Part shown: positions 9,080 to 16,511 of the stretch, piece after piece | Position numbering within the stretch: position 1 is the stretch's first letter | How the letters are laid out: each line of letters begins with the position of its first letter | Assembly (NCBI GenBank): GCA_934500865.1 | Contig: CAKSUD010000014.1 | Location: 1-30,857, forward strand | Direction of reading: 5' to 3' | Origin: an uncultured Clostridia bacterium | GTDB lineage: Bacteria > Bacillota > Clostridia > TANB77 > RGIG9151 | Length of the DNA: 30,857 nucleotides | The notes under the pieces: model-generated | What the model saw: only the letters and a program-made list of their open reading frames with translations | Told to the model about the DNA's origin: nothing | The model's database searches: none | Program-made: the position numbers and the translations under genes

Positions 9080-9874
9080 TTACTTTTTTTTCATTAGTAA
9101 ACTTTTTATCTTGTCCATAAAACTATGTTTTTTCCAGTCTTCGAAAGGAACATCTTCCCCCATAATTCTTCTTACAATATTTCTGTATGAACTTCCCGCA
9201 AGAGACTTGTTATCTGTTACAGCCGGTTCACCCTTATTTGTAGCAACAATAATGCTTTGGTCATCAGGAACAACACCTATTAAATCAATAGCCAATATTT
9301 CAAGAACATCTTCTGTACTCATCATATCGCCACGTTTTACCATATCTTCTCTAACACGGTTTAATAATAGTCTAGGTTCTCTTATTTCATTAGCCTCTAG
9401 TAAACCGATTATTCTGTCTGCATCTCTTACTGCCGAGACCTCCGGAGTAGTAACAACTATCGCCCTATCCGCACCGGAAATGGCATTTTTAAAGCCTTGT
9501 TCAATACCCGCAGGACAGTCAACAATTATGTAGTCAAAATCCTTCTTTAATTCTTTGCAAAGTTTTTTCATTTGGTCCGGTTTTACAGCATTTTTATCCT
9601 TTGTTTGTGCTGCTGGGAGCAAATATAAACCTTCATAACGTTTATCTTTAATTAATGCTTGTTTAATCTTACAATTTCCTTCCACAACATCAACTAAATC
9701 ATAAACTATTCTATTTTCCAATCCCATTACAACATCAAGATTTCTAAGTCCTATATCCGTATCAAGTAAAGCAACCTTCTTGCCTTGCAATGCTAGTCCG
9801 GTTCCTATATTAGCAGTAGATGTAGTCTTACCAACTCCACCCTTGCCGGATGTAATAACAATTACCTCTCCCAT
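9080..9874 (-). CDS. minD: septum site-determining ATPase MinD
   Basis: 264 aa with the deviant Walker A SGKGGVGKTT and a C-terminal amphipathic helix. RBS is aggagg. Confidence 0.95.
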   Translation of the reverse strand: MGEVIVITSGKGGVGKTTSTANIGTGLALQGKKVALLDTDIGLRNLDVVMGLENRIVYDLVDVVEGNCKIKQALIKDKRYEGLYLLPAAQTKDKNAVKPDQMKKLCKELKKDFDYIIVDCPAGIEQGFKNAISGADRAIVVTTPEVSAVRDADRIIGLLEANEIREPRLLLNRVREDMVKRGDMMSTEDVLEILAIDLIGVVPDDQSIIVATNKGEPAVTDNKSLAGSSYRNIVRRIMGEDVPFEDWKKHSFMDKIKSLLMKKK

Positions 9875-9929
9875 GTGCTAACCTCCTAATTTATTTAAAG
9901 CAAAAGTTATATTTTCTTTCAACGTAACT

Positions 9930-9958
9930 ACTATATAATTTTATCTTCAAAATGTCAA
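9930..9958 (-). promoter_or_regulatory. candidate sigma-A promoter for minDE
   Basis: The - strand has TTGACA (9953-9958), a 17-nt spacer and TATAGT (9930-9935). Confidence 0.45.
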
Positions 9959-10021
9959 TTAGATATTCAAATGTTAAAAAAATATTTATTTAATTATACT
10001 TAACATTATTTTAAAAAAATA

Positions 10022-10050
10022 TTTACATTTACGTAATCAAGTGATACAAT
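10022..10050 (+). promoter_or_regulatory. sigma-A promoter with extended -10 for the 115-aa orphan gene
   Basis: TTTACA (10022-10027), a 17-nt spacer ending in TGA, and TACAAT (10045-10050). Confidence 0.6.
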
Positions 10051-10139
10051 TGCGTCGTGTCTAATTCAATCATTATTCACTTCATTAAGTGAAGCCGTGT
10101 CGACTACTAACTTGTAGTCAATGTAAGAAAGGAGTTCAT

Positions 10140-10487
10140 ATGAACCGTCAGTTTATCCACCAAACCCTGCAGAACTTAACTGTTCTCAACGCAAACACCT
10201 ACTCAAGGATAGAAGTAATGGAAATCATATTCTTCTCCGCATTGTTGGACGTATTTGATGAACTAGTCAGTAAAGAAACAGACTTCTTGCGTGTCCAAGT
10301 AGACCCCTTTGACGAGATGGGCTATAAGATTTTAAAGGGCAACTCGCAAAAGGCGATTAGTTGTGCCTTCTTTACAAGTTTTATAGACGATTGGCAAAAG
10401 GCAGCCCAAAGGATTGAAGATGTTCTGTTAAAGCTCTCTGTAAGACAAGAAAATGATTTCTACATCGTCGCTATTACTGACGAGTAA
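10140..10487 (+). CDS. hypothetical protein (115 aa), no family recognised
   Basis: ATG at 10140 is preceded by AAAGGAG; the track start at 10089 is a GTG extension. It has its own promoter and terminator. A hand count gives about 40% G+C against about 30% in flanking genes. Confidence 0.6.
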   Translation: MNRQFIHQTLQNLTVLNANTYSRIEVMEIIFFSALLDVFDELVSKETDFLRVQVDPFDEMGYKILKGNSQKAISCAFFTSFIDDWQKAAQRIEDVLLKLSVRQENDFYIVAITDE

Positions 10488-10490
10488 AGA

Positions 10491-10531
10491 AAAGAATGCC
10501 ATCATCCATTATGGATGGTGGCATTCTTTTA
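10491..10531. terminator. bidirectional intrinsic terminator shared by the 115-aa orphan and metK
   Basis: A 16-bp stem, GAATGCCATCATCCAT / ATGGATGGTGGCATTC with one G-T pair, is flanked by an A-run and a T-run. Confidence 0.75.
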
Positions 10532-11692
10532 CTTATTAAGTTTTTTATCTAATCTTTCCCAAGGCAAATCTAAATCATCTCTTCCGAAATGACCATATGC
10601 TGATGTTTGCTTATAAATAGGTCTTCTTAAATCCAAATCTCTTATTATTCCGCTAGGGGTTAAATCAAAATTATCTAAAACTATCTTTATAAGCTCGTCT
10701 TCTGACTTTTTACCTGTTCCAAAAGTATCAATTCTAATAGACACAGGCTTTGCAACACCAATTGCATAAGCTAATTGAATTTCACATTTTCTCGCCAGTC
10801 CTGACGCAACTATATTTTTTGCTATATATCTCGCCATATACGCAGCAGACCTGTCTACCTTTGTTGGGTCTTTTCCGGAAAAAGCTCCACCTCCATGACG
10901 TGCATATCCGCCATAAGTATCTACTATTATTTTTCTTCCTGTTAGCCCTGAATCTCCTTGTGGTCCACCAACTACGAATCTTCCGGTAGGATTAACATAT
11001 ATTTTAGTATTATCATCCATTAAGTTTTCAGGAATTACGGTCTTTATTACGTTATTAATAATATCTTCTCTTAATCTCTCTTGGCTAACATCATCAGAAT
11101 GTTGTGCAGATACGACTACTGCTTCAATTCTGGTTGGTCTATCTTCTTCATCATATTCAACAGTAACCTGTGTTTTTCCATCAGGTCTTAAATATGATAA
11201 AGTTCCATTCTTTCTAACCTCAGTTAATCTTCTTGCTAACTTATGAGCTAAGGAAATAGGCATAGGCATTAATTCTGGGGTTTCATCGCAAGCGAACCCA
11301 AACATCATTCCTTGGTCTCCAGCGCCTAAACTGGTAAATTCAGAATTTTTCTCTTCTAACGAACGGTCAACTCCCATAGCTATATCACTTGATTGCTCAT
11401 CAATGCTTGTAATTACACCACAAGTATTGCCGTCAAAGCCATATTTTGCTCTGTCGTACCCTATTTCTAGAACAGTATCTCTAACTATTTTTTGGATATC
11501 TACATAGCACTCTTCTGTACTAATTTCTCCCATCACATGAACTAATCCCGTTGTAGCGGTAGTTTCACAAGCCACTCTCGCCATAGGGTCTTCGGCCAAA
11601 ATCGCGTCCAAAATGGCGTCAGAAATAGCATCACACATCTTGTCCGGATGTCCCTCTGTAACTGATTCAGATGTAAACAATTTCTTATTCAT
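10529..11692 (-). CDS. metK: S-adenosylmethionine synthase
   Basis: 387 aa with the signature motifs [12 protein letters not shown] and [16 protein letters not shown]. Confidence 0.97.
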   Translation of the reverse strand: MNKKLFTSESVTEGHPDKMCDAISDAILDAILAEDPMARVACETTATTGLVHVMGEISTEECYVDIQKIVRDTVLEIGYDRAKYGFDGNTCGVITSIDEQSSDIAMGVDRSLEEKNSEFTSLGAGDQGMMFGFACDETPELMPMPISLAHKLARRLTEVRKNGTLSYLRPDGKTQVTVEYDEEDRPTRIEAVVVSAQHSDDVSQERLREDIINNVIKTVIPENLMDDNTKIYVNPTGRFVVGGPQGDSGLTGRKIIVDTYGGYARHGGGAFSGKDPTKVDRSAAYMARYIAKNIVASGLARKCEIQLAYAIGVAKPVSIRIDTFGTGKKSEDELIKIVLDNFDLTPSGIIRDLDLRRPIYKQTSAYGHFGRDDLDLPWERLDKKLNK

Positions 11693-11706
11693 AGTAACTC
11701 CTCCTA

Positions 11707-11735
11707 TTTACTTTATGTAAACTATGTGCTATAAT
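11707..11735 (+). promoter_or_regulatory. sigma-A promoter with extended -10 for the 140-aa orphan gene
   Basis: TTTACT (11707-11712), a 17-nt spacer ending in TGC, and TATAAT (11730-11735). Confidence 0.55.
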
Positions 11736-11738
11736 TAT

Positions 11739-11766
11739 GTTATTACTACAATATGGTAGTAATAAC
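11739..11766. repeat. perfect inverted repeat GTTATTACTAC-N6-GTAGTAATAAC (candidate operator or leader hairpin)
   Basis: Read directly from the sequence: 11-bp arms with no mismatch. It begins 4 nt after the -10 of the + strand promoter and lies inside the 140-bp region upstream of metK. Confidence 0.8.
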
Positions 11767-11832
11767 TGGTGCAATTACACCTGTTAGGATTTTCCCATTA
11801 TGGGATGAACAATTTAGAAAGGTATAAAAAAC

Positions 11833-12255
11833 ATGGAAAACTTCACTCCCAAAACAACACTCAATGAACTCCAAGCTTCCATAGAAGCACAAAAAAGCGC
11901 TGCTAAAAAGGCTCTCGAAGATGAGCTCTCCGATATTATGGCGGAAATCACAGACGGCCTAAAAAAAATGCTTTCTGAAGCAAAAGCGGACAGCATTTTC
12001 TTTTATCCCACTTCTTGCTCCGTAGAAGTCAGATACACCGCAGACTCGATAGCTCCTAGTAATATTCCCGTTGATATTATGGGCACAATAGAGGGATTCG
12101 ATATGCGCAGCAAAGAAACTATGCTTTATAATCGTTCACTTTGCCTAATCAACAGATCACTCTCCCGCGACGTAAATAAAAAGCTGACCGAAATTGGCTT
12201 CAAGTTTACTGATTGTACTGCCCTTTGTGGAAATACATACTATCTGGATATTTGA
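11833..12255 (+). CDS. hypothetical protein (140 aa), no family recognised
   Basis: The ATG has a weak RBS (agaaagg). The N-terminus is predicted helical, followed by a Cys-containing C-terminal part. It has its own promoter and terminator. A hand count gives about 41% G+C. Confidence 0.6.
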   Translation: MENFTPKTTLNELQASIEAQKSAAKKALEDELSDIMAEITDGLKKMLSEAKADSIFFYPTSCSVEVRYTADSIAPSNIPVDIMGTIEGFDMRSKETMLYNRSLCLINRSLSRDVNKKLTEIGFKFTDCTALCGNTYYLDI

Positions 12256-12270
12256 GTGTAAATTTTCTTT

Positions 12271-12305
12271 AACCTCATGTGTTCTTGCACATGAGGTTAT
12301 CTCTT
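12271..12305 (+). terminator. intrinsic terminator after the 140-aa orphan
   Basis: Perfect 11-bp stem AACCTCATGTG-TTCTTG-CACATGAGGTT followed by a T-rich tail (atctctttgt). Confidence 0.55.
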
Positions 12306-12309
12306 TGTA

Positions 12310-13020
12310 TCATTTTATCAGCATTCTTATTTCTTCTATAGTTAAGTGCCTATACTTCCCTTCCTTAACTCCATCTATAACTATTCTTCCTATTGCTTGC
12401 CTATGTAGTGTAACAACTTTATGTCCTATTTCTTCGCACATCTTCTTAACCTGTCTGTTTCTTCCTTCATGAATAATTATTTCAACAATAGAATTTTTCT
12501 TAGTTTCTTTTACAATTCTTATCTTCGCCGGATATGTCTTTTTTCCATCAATATACACACCTTTTGCAAAAGTTCTCATTTCCTCCGCAGTAGGAACACC
12601 TTCCACCTCCGCTATATAGGTTTTGCTAACTTCGTGCTTAGGATGAGTAAGCTTATATGAAAAATCACCGTCATTAGTTAAAATAATAGCTCCGGTAGTA
12701 TCTTTATCCAACCTTCCAACCGGGTAAAGTCTTACTTTTATATCATTTACCAAATGCAATATTGAAGGATTATCAAACTGATCCTTAGCTGCGCTTATAT
12801 ATCCGGCAGGTTTATTAAGTAATATATATACTTTTCGCTTTTGGGCTTTAACAATCTCATTATTATACATTACTTTATCTTTGCTAGGGTTTATTTTAGT
12901 TCCAAGTTCAGTCACAACTTCGCCATTAACCTTTACTTTTCCGGCTAAAATAAGTTCCTCAGCCTTTCTTCTAGATGCTATGCCACATTCGGCTAAATAT
13001 TTCTGTAATCTACATTCCAT
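12310..13020 (-). CDS. rluB: RsuA/RluB-family 23S/16S rRNA pseudouridine synthase
   Basis: 236 aa with an N-terminal S4 domain (LQKYLAECGIASRRKAEELILAGKVKVNG) and the catalytic motif GRLDKDTTG. Confidence 0.88.
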   Translation of the reverse strand: MECRLQKYLAECGIASRRKAEELILAGKVKVNGEVVTELGTKINPSKDKVMYNNEIVKAQKRKVYILLNKPAGYISAAKDQFDNPSILHLVNDIKVRLYPVGRLDKDTTGAIILTNDGDFSYKLTHPKHEVSKTYIAEVEGVPTAEEMRTFAKGVYIDGKKTYPAKIRIVKETKKNSIVEIIIHEGRNRQVKKMCEEIGHKVVTLHRQAIGRIVIDGVKEGKYRHLTIEEIRMLIK

Positions 13021-13035
13021 AAAAGTTCCACTCCA

Positions 13036-14388
13036 TTACTCTTCTTCTTTTTCTTCATGTTTATCTGACGCTTCCCCCGTATCACAAATTTTCACCTTTG
13101 TAATTCTCTTCTCTATAACCTCTTCAACTTTAAATAATAATCCATTAAATTCAAACTCGGGTTTACTTCCCTCTTCAGGGACAATTCCAAGGTGACCCAT
13201 AATAAATCCGCCAAGTGTATCATAATCATCTATCGGAAGTTTTTTATCAAATTTTCTAGCCACCTCAACTAAACTTACTGTTCCGTCAACCAACTGTGTA
13301 TTTTCATCAATAGGAGTAAAATCCATTGCCTCTTCGCCGTCATATTCATCAAAAATATTACCAACGATTTGTTCCATTAAATCCTCAACGGTTAAAATTC
13401 CGGCAGTTCCACCATATTCATCAACAACCGCAGCCATATACATTTTATTCTTCTTAAGTTCATTAAATATATCATCAATAACCTTAGAATCAGGCACAAA
13501 ATATATAGGTCTCATAGCATCTTTCATACTAAATTTATCTTCATCACCGTCTAAATATTTTATTAAGTCTTTTGAATGAAACATTCCGACTATATTATCA
13601 ATATCATCTTCATATACAGGATATCTAGTAAACATTTCTTCCTTCATAATAGCCATAACATCTTTTAACGTAGCATTTATCGGAATAGCCACTATATCTT
13701 TTCTATGAGTCATAACCTCAGCAGCAGTTATATTATTAAAATCGAAAACATTTTCAATCATTTCTTTTTCATTAACTTCAATAGTACCTTTTTCCTCACC
13801 TAAGTCAACCATCATACGAATTTCTTCCTCAGTAACCTCTTCTTCATTCGCATTAGGATCACCGCCTGTAAGACGTATAATACCATTAGTTGAAAATGTA
13901 AGTAATTTTACGAAAGGTCTGGCTATTTTTTCAAAAAATGTCAAAACTCCAATTGCCATCATAGATAAAGCTTCACTATGTTGCATCGCAATTCTCTTTG
14001 GAACTAATTCACCAAAAACCAAAGTAAAGTATGACAAAATTATTGTAATTATAACCAATATAACAACAGACAAAACATCCGCTGAAATATAATTTAATAC
14101 ACTCTGTGGCATCACTTGCATAATTTTACTAGAAAAACTGTCAGCAGCCACCGCACTGGCAAGTAATCCGGATAATGTTACGCCAACTTGAATAGTAGCT
14201 AAAAATTTACTCGGCTCTTTAATAAGTTTTTCAATTTGCTTAGCCTTCTTATTACCGTCTTCCGCCATTTTCTTAATCTTCGCATCATTTAATGTAACAA
14301 TAGCCATTTCAGACGCAGCAAAAAAAGCATTAGTAAAAATCAAGAAAATCAAAAAGAAAATTTGAAGTAACAAATTACCATCGTCCAT
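13036..14388 (-). CDS. CNNM/TlyC-family hemolysin-like transporter (DUF21 + CBS pair + CorC_HlyC)
   Basis: Four N-terminal TM helices, a CBS pair and a C-terminal transporter-associated domain. The start is set at the ATG preceded by AGGAGG, which the track's longer ORF translates as codons. Confidence 0.85.
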   Translation of the reverse strand: MDDGNLLLQIFFLIFLIFTNAFFAASEMAIVTLNDAKIKKMAEDGNKKAKQIEKLIKEPSKFLATIQVGVTLSGLLASAVAADSFSSKIMQVMPQSVLNYISADVLSVVILVIITIILSYFTLVFGELVPKRIAMQHSEALSMMAIGVLTFFEKIARPFVKLLTFSTNGIIRLTGGDPNANEEEVTEEEIRMMVDLGEEKGTIEVNEKEMIENVFDFNNITAAEVMTHRKDIVAIPINATLKDVMAIMKEEMFTRYPVYEDDIDNIVGMFHSKDLIKYLDGDEDKFSMKDAMRPIYFVPDSKVIDDIFNELKKNKMYMAAVVDEYGGTAGILTVEDLMEQIVGNIFDEYDGEEAMDFTPIDENTQLVDGTVSLVEVARKFDKKLPIDDYDTLGGFIMGHLGIVPEEGSKPEFEFNGLLFKVEEVIEKRITKVKICDTGEASDKHEEKEEE

Positions 14389-14427
14389 TTTTATAGAATT
14401 CCTCCTCATAAAGTATATTTATGATTA

Positions 14428-14456
14428 ATGATATATTATTAATTAATTATTGTCAA
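14428..14456 (-). promoter_or_regulatory. sigma-A promoter for the CNNM gene
   Basis: The - strand has TTGACA (14451-14456), a 17-nt spacer and TATCAT (14428-14433). Confidence 0.55.
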
Positions 14457-14498
14457 TGTAGAAAGCTATTAATCAAGCGTATGAGAATTTATTATCCT

Positions 14499-15323
14499 TT
14501 AGCCTACCTTTATACTCACTTTTATAATTCTTCTAAAATCTTTTTTCTTAACCGTAACTTTAAGGTTGGCATAAGTAAAACCTTCACCCTCAGCAGGAAT
14601 TCTTCCAAGTTGCTCTATAATCCACCCACTAACGGTTGTTATATCAGGGAATTTGTTTTCTAAATCAAAGAATTCAAAAAACTTGTCAAGGTTTAATCCG
14701 CCGGTCACACAATATTCATCATTTGAAACCTTTTCAATTTCCGGATTAACTTTATCGTGTTCATCCCAAATTTCTCCAACAAGCTCCTCCAAAACATCTT
14801 CAAGAGTAACAATTCCCATAGTTCCGCCATACTCATCAGCCACAATTGCCATATGTGACTTAGAATGTTGTAAAAGTTTTAGCAACTTCGAGATTTTTAT
14901 AGTTTCACTAACAAACTGAACAGGTTTTATTATGCTAATAACAGACTGTTTTTTATGTATAACAAATTTATTAAAGTCTTTCTCATTTATAATTCCCACT
15001 ATATCATCTATATCTTCATCATAAACAGGGAATCTCGAAAAACCGCTTTCAAAGATTTTCTCCTGTATTTCGTTAGCAGACTCATTTTTTTGAATAGCTA
15101 TAACATCAACTCTCGGGGTTAGAATATCTACCGCCTCAAGGTTATTAAAACCAATAGCATTTCGAATTATCTCTCCCTCTTGTTCATTAAACTCGCCTTC
15201 TTCCTCAGCCTCTTGAACAATGTTTAATAATTCTTCTTCTGTATCTAGCTCCTCTTTCTTAAAAATTTTATCCACAATGCCACGAATTTTTCCAAAATGT
15301 TGTTCATTATCTTCTTCTGACAT
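14499..15323 (-). CDS. CorC-like soluble protein (CBS pair + CorC_HlyC, no DUF21 membrane domain)
   Basis: 274 aa counted from the ATG preceded by AAAGGGGA. It is homologous to the cytoplasmic half of the adjacent CNNM protein (ILTPRVDV, ADEYGGT.GIVTLEDVLEELVGEI). Confidence 0.8.
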   Translation of the reverse strand: MSEEDNEQHFGKIRGIVDKIFKKEELDTEEELLNIVQEAEEEGEFNEQEGEIIRNAIGFNNLEAVDILTPRVDVIAIQKNESANEIQEKIFESGFSRFPVYDEDIDDIVGIINEKDFNKFVIHKKQSVISIIKPVQFVSETIKISKLLKLLQHSKSHMAIVADEYGGTMGIVTLEDVLEELVGEIWDEHDKVNPEIEKVSNDEYCVTGGLNLDKFFEFFDLENKFPDITTVSGWIIEQLGRIPAEGEGFTYANLKVTVKKKDFRRIIKVSIKVG

Positions 15324-15351
15324 AACTGTATCCCCTTTCAAAAAATCCTTC

Positions 15352-15380
15352 ATTATACATATCGGCAATTTTTGTAAGAA
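15352..15380 (-). promoter_or_regulatory. candidate extended -10 promoter for the CorC-like gene
   Basis: The - strand has TGTATAAT (15352-15359) with a weak -35 TTCTTA (15375-15380). Confidence 0.45.
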
Positions 15381-15381
15381 A

Positions 15382-15900
15382 TTAATTACTCATATTTTTT
15401 CTACAAGCAAATACCCTATTCTCTCCGCTCTTTATAGCAATACCGGTTATAACTTTATCTTTTATTTCAATCGCTTCTACATTAAACTTATCAGTACAAA
15501 TATATTTCCCGTTTTGCTGTCTTATGTTACATTTCTCCTTGGGTATCCATATAAATGGTGCTGTATATAGTTCTCTTCCAATTCCCCAATTAAAGCAAGC
15601 TCTCTTAAAGCTGTCTGATGCTTGTCCTTTCTCTTGCTCTGTATTGCTTTCTGTTCCCACATCCTCTTTATATATCCATTGCTTTTTATCGTTATCCCAT
15701 ATAGATACTGTACAATATAATTTTCCATCTTTAAACTGATGCTCTCTCTTCCACCCGTACGGTCCAACAGTTTCGTCTAACATATCCATATCTACCCTTG
15801 CATCTTTATACAAAAGCAAACTAACTCCATTTTCCTTAACACTAGCAATCCTACAATCAATTTCATCTTTATTTAAATCTCTAAACATAGATTTTTCCAT
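15382..15900 (-). CDS. Rad52/Rad22 (Sak-type) single-strand annealing protein
   Basis: 172 aa from the ATG preceded by AGGAAGG. It has the motifs YKDARVDMDMLDETVGPYGW and KGQASDSFKRACFNWGIGRELY, characteristic of the Rad52-like SSAP fold found in phages. Confidence 0.75.
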   Translation of the reverse strand: MEKSMFRDLNKDEIDCRIASVKENGVSLLLYKDARVDMDMLDETVGPYGWKREHQFKDGKLYCTVSIWDNDKKQWIYKEDVGTESNTEQEKGQASDSFKRACFNWGIGRELYTAPFIWIPKEKCNIRQQNGKYICTDKFNVEAIEIKDKVITGIAIKSGENRVFACRKNMSN

Positions 15901-15990
15901 ATTTAACACCTTCCTAAAAATATATTAACCATTATTTTGTGGTAGATGTGTTTTAATTTATTCTTATTTTGGAAAAACTACGTTAAAAAG

Positions 15991-16019
15991 CAAAAAACTA
16001 CGCAGGAAAACCTGCGTAG
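15991..16019 (-). terminator. intrinsic terminator after the Cys-rich membrane protein gene
   Basis: The - strand forms hairpin CTACGCAGG-TTTT-CCTGCGTAG followed by TTTTTTG. Confidence 0.75.
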
Positions 16020-16029
16020 CAAAATTTAT

Positions 16030-16437
16030 CTATTCCATATCAATACAAGTTGCTTCAACCAAACATAAAAGCAATTGTAATAAACTTACCCACGTAAATA
16101 TAAAGAAAAATCCAAGAATTCCAAACAATACTGCAGCAGCAACTCCAGTAGTAATAGCCGAAACGGCAAGTATTACAATTGCTAAGAAAACCGTTCCAAT
16201 CGCACCTATTGCTAAGCATTTCCCATTTTCACAGACACATTCAGTAGCTTCATCTTCCGAGAATAATGCTATTAATATTAATAAAACTATCGCTAACAAT
16301 CCGATTCCAAAAGCAATCCAAGCTATTGGAAGAAAATTAGTAATAACTCCAGTATTAACTAAAACTCCGGTAATGATGCCAAACACTATGCCTATAATCG
16401 TGGGAATTATACACCTTCCACATCTGCACTCACACAT
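16030..16437 (-). CDS. Cys-rich four-TM membrane protein with internal duplication, function unknown
   Basis: 135 aa from the ATG preceded by AGGAGGG. There are two halves, each a Cys cluster (CECRCGRC / CVCENGKC) followed by two hydrophobic helices and ending in ..EAT. Confidence 0.6.
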   Translation of the reverse strand: MCECRCGRCIIPTIIGIVFGIITGVLVNTGVITNFLPIAWIAFGIGLLAIVLLILIALFSEDEATECVCENGKCLAIGAIGTVFLAIVILAVSAITTGVAAAVLFGILGFFFIFTWVSLLQLLLCLVEATCIDME

Positions 16438-16511
16438 AATTAATTCCCTCCTTGTAGGTTTAATACCTACAATACATAATATACATGTTTTGTGCAAACT
16501 GTTACTATTTA

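Noticed and set aside
9974-10025. Exact 15-nt direct repeat TTAAAAAAATATTTA (9974-9988 and 10011-10025) in the minD/orphan intergenic region
   Set aside because: It is low-complexity A/T sequence in a promoter-rich spacer. It is likely an UP-element-like A-tract or chance, not evidence for a binding-site array.
10089-10139. N-terminal extensions in the ORF track, for example 10089 (GTG), 1700 (TTG), 23690, 27970 (TTG), 14409, 16497 and 18309
   Set aside because: In each case an internal ATG is preceded by a good Shine-Dalgarno sequence at 5-10 nt, and homologous proteins begin there. In several cases the upstream codons are the RBS itself being translated.
11693-11832. Possible SAM-I riboswitch upstream of metK; a GGTGCAATTACACC stretch loosely resembles part of the S-box
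   Set aside because: That stretch is on the wrong strand for metK. The conserved S-box core and the terminator/antiterminator are absent. The region is too short.
14389-14498. Mg2+ (M-box) or other riboswitch ahead of the CNNM/CorC genes
   Set aside because: The leader is only about 40-110 nt, extremely AT-rich and without conserved helices. A plain TTGACA-17-TATCAT promoter explains the spacer.
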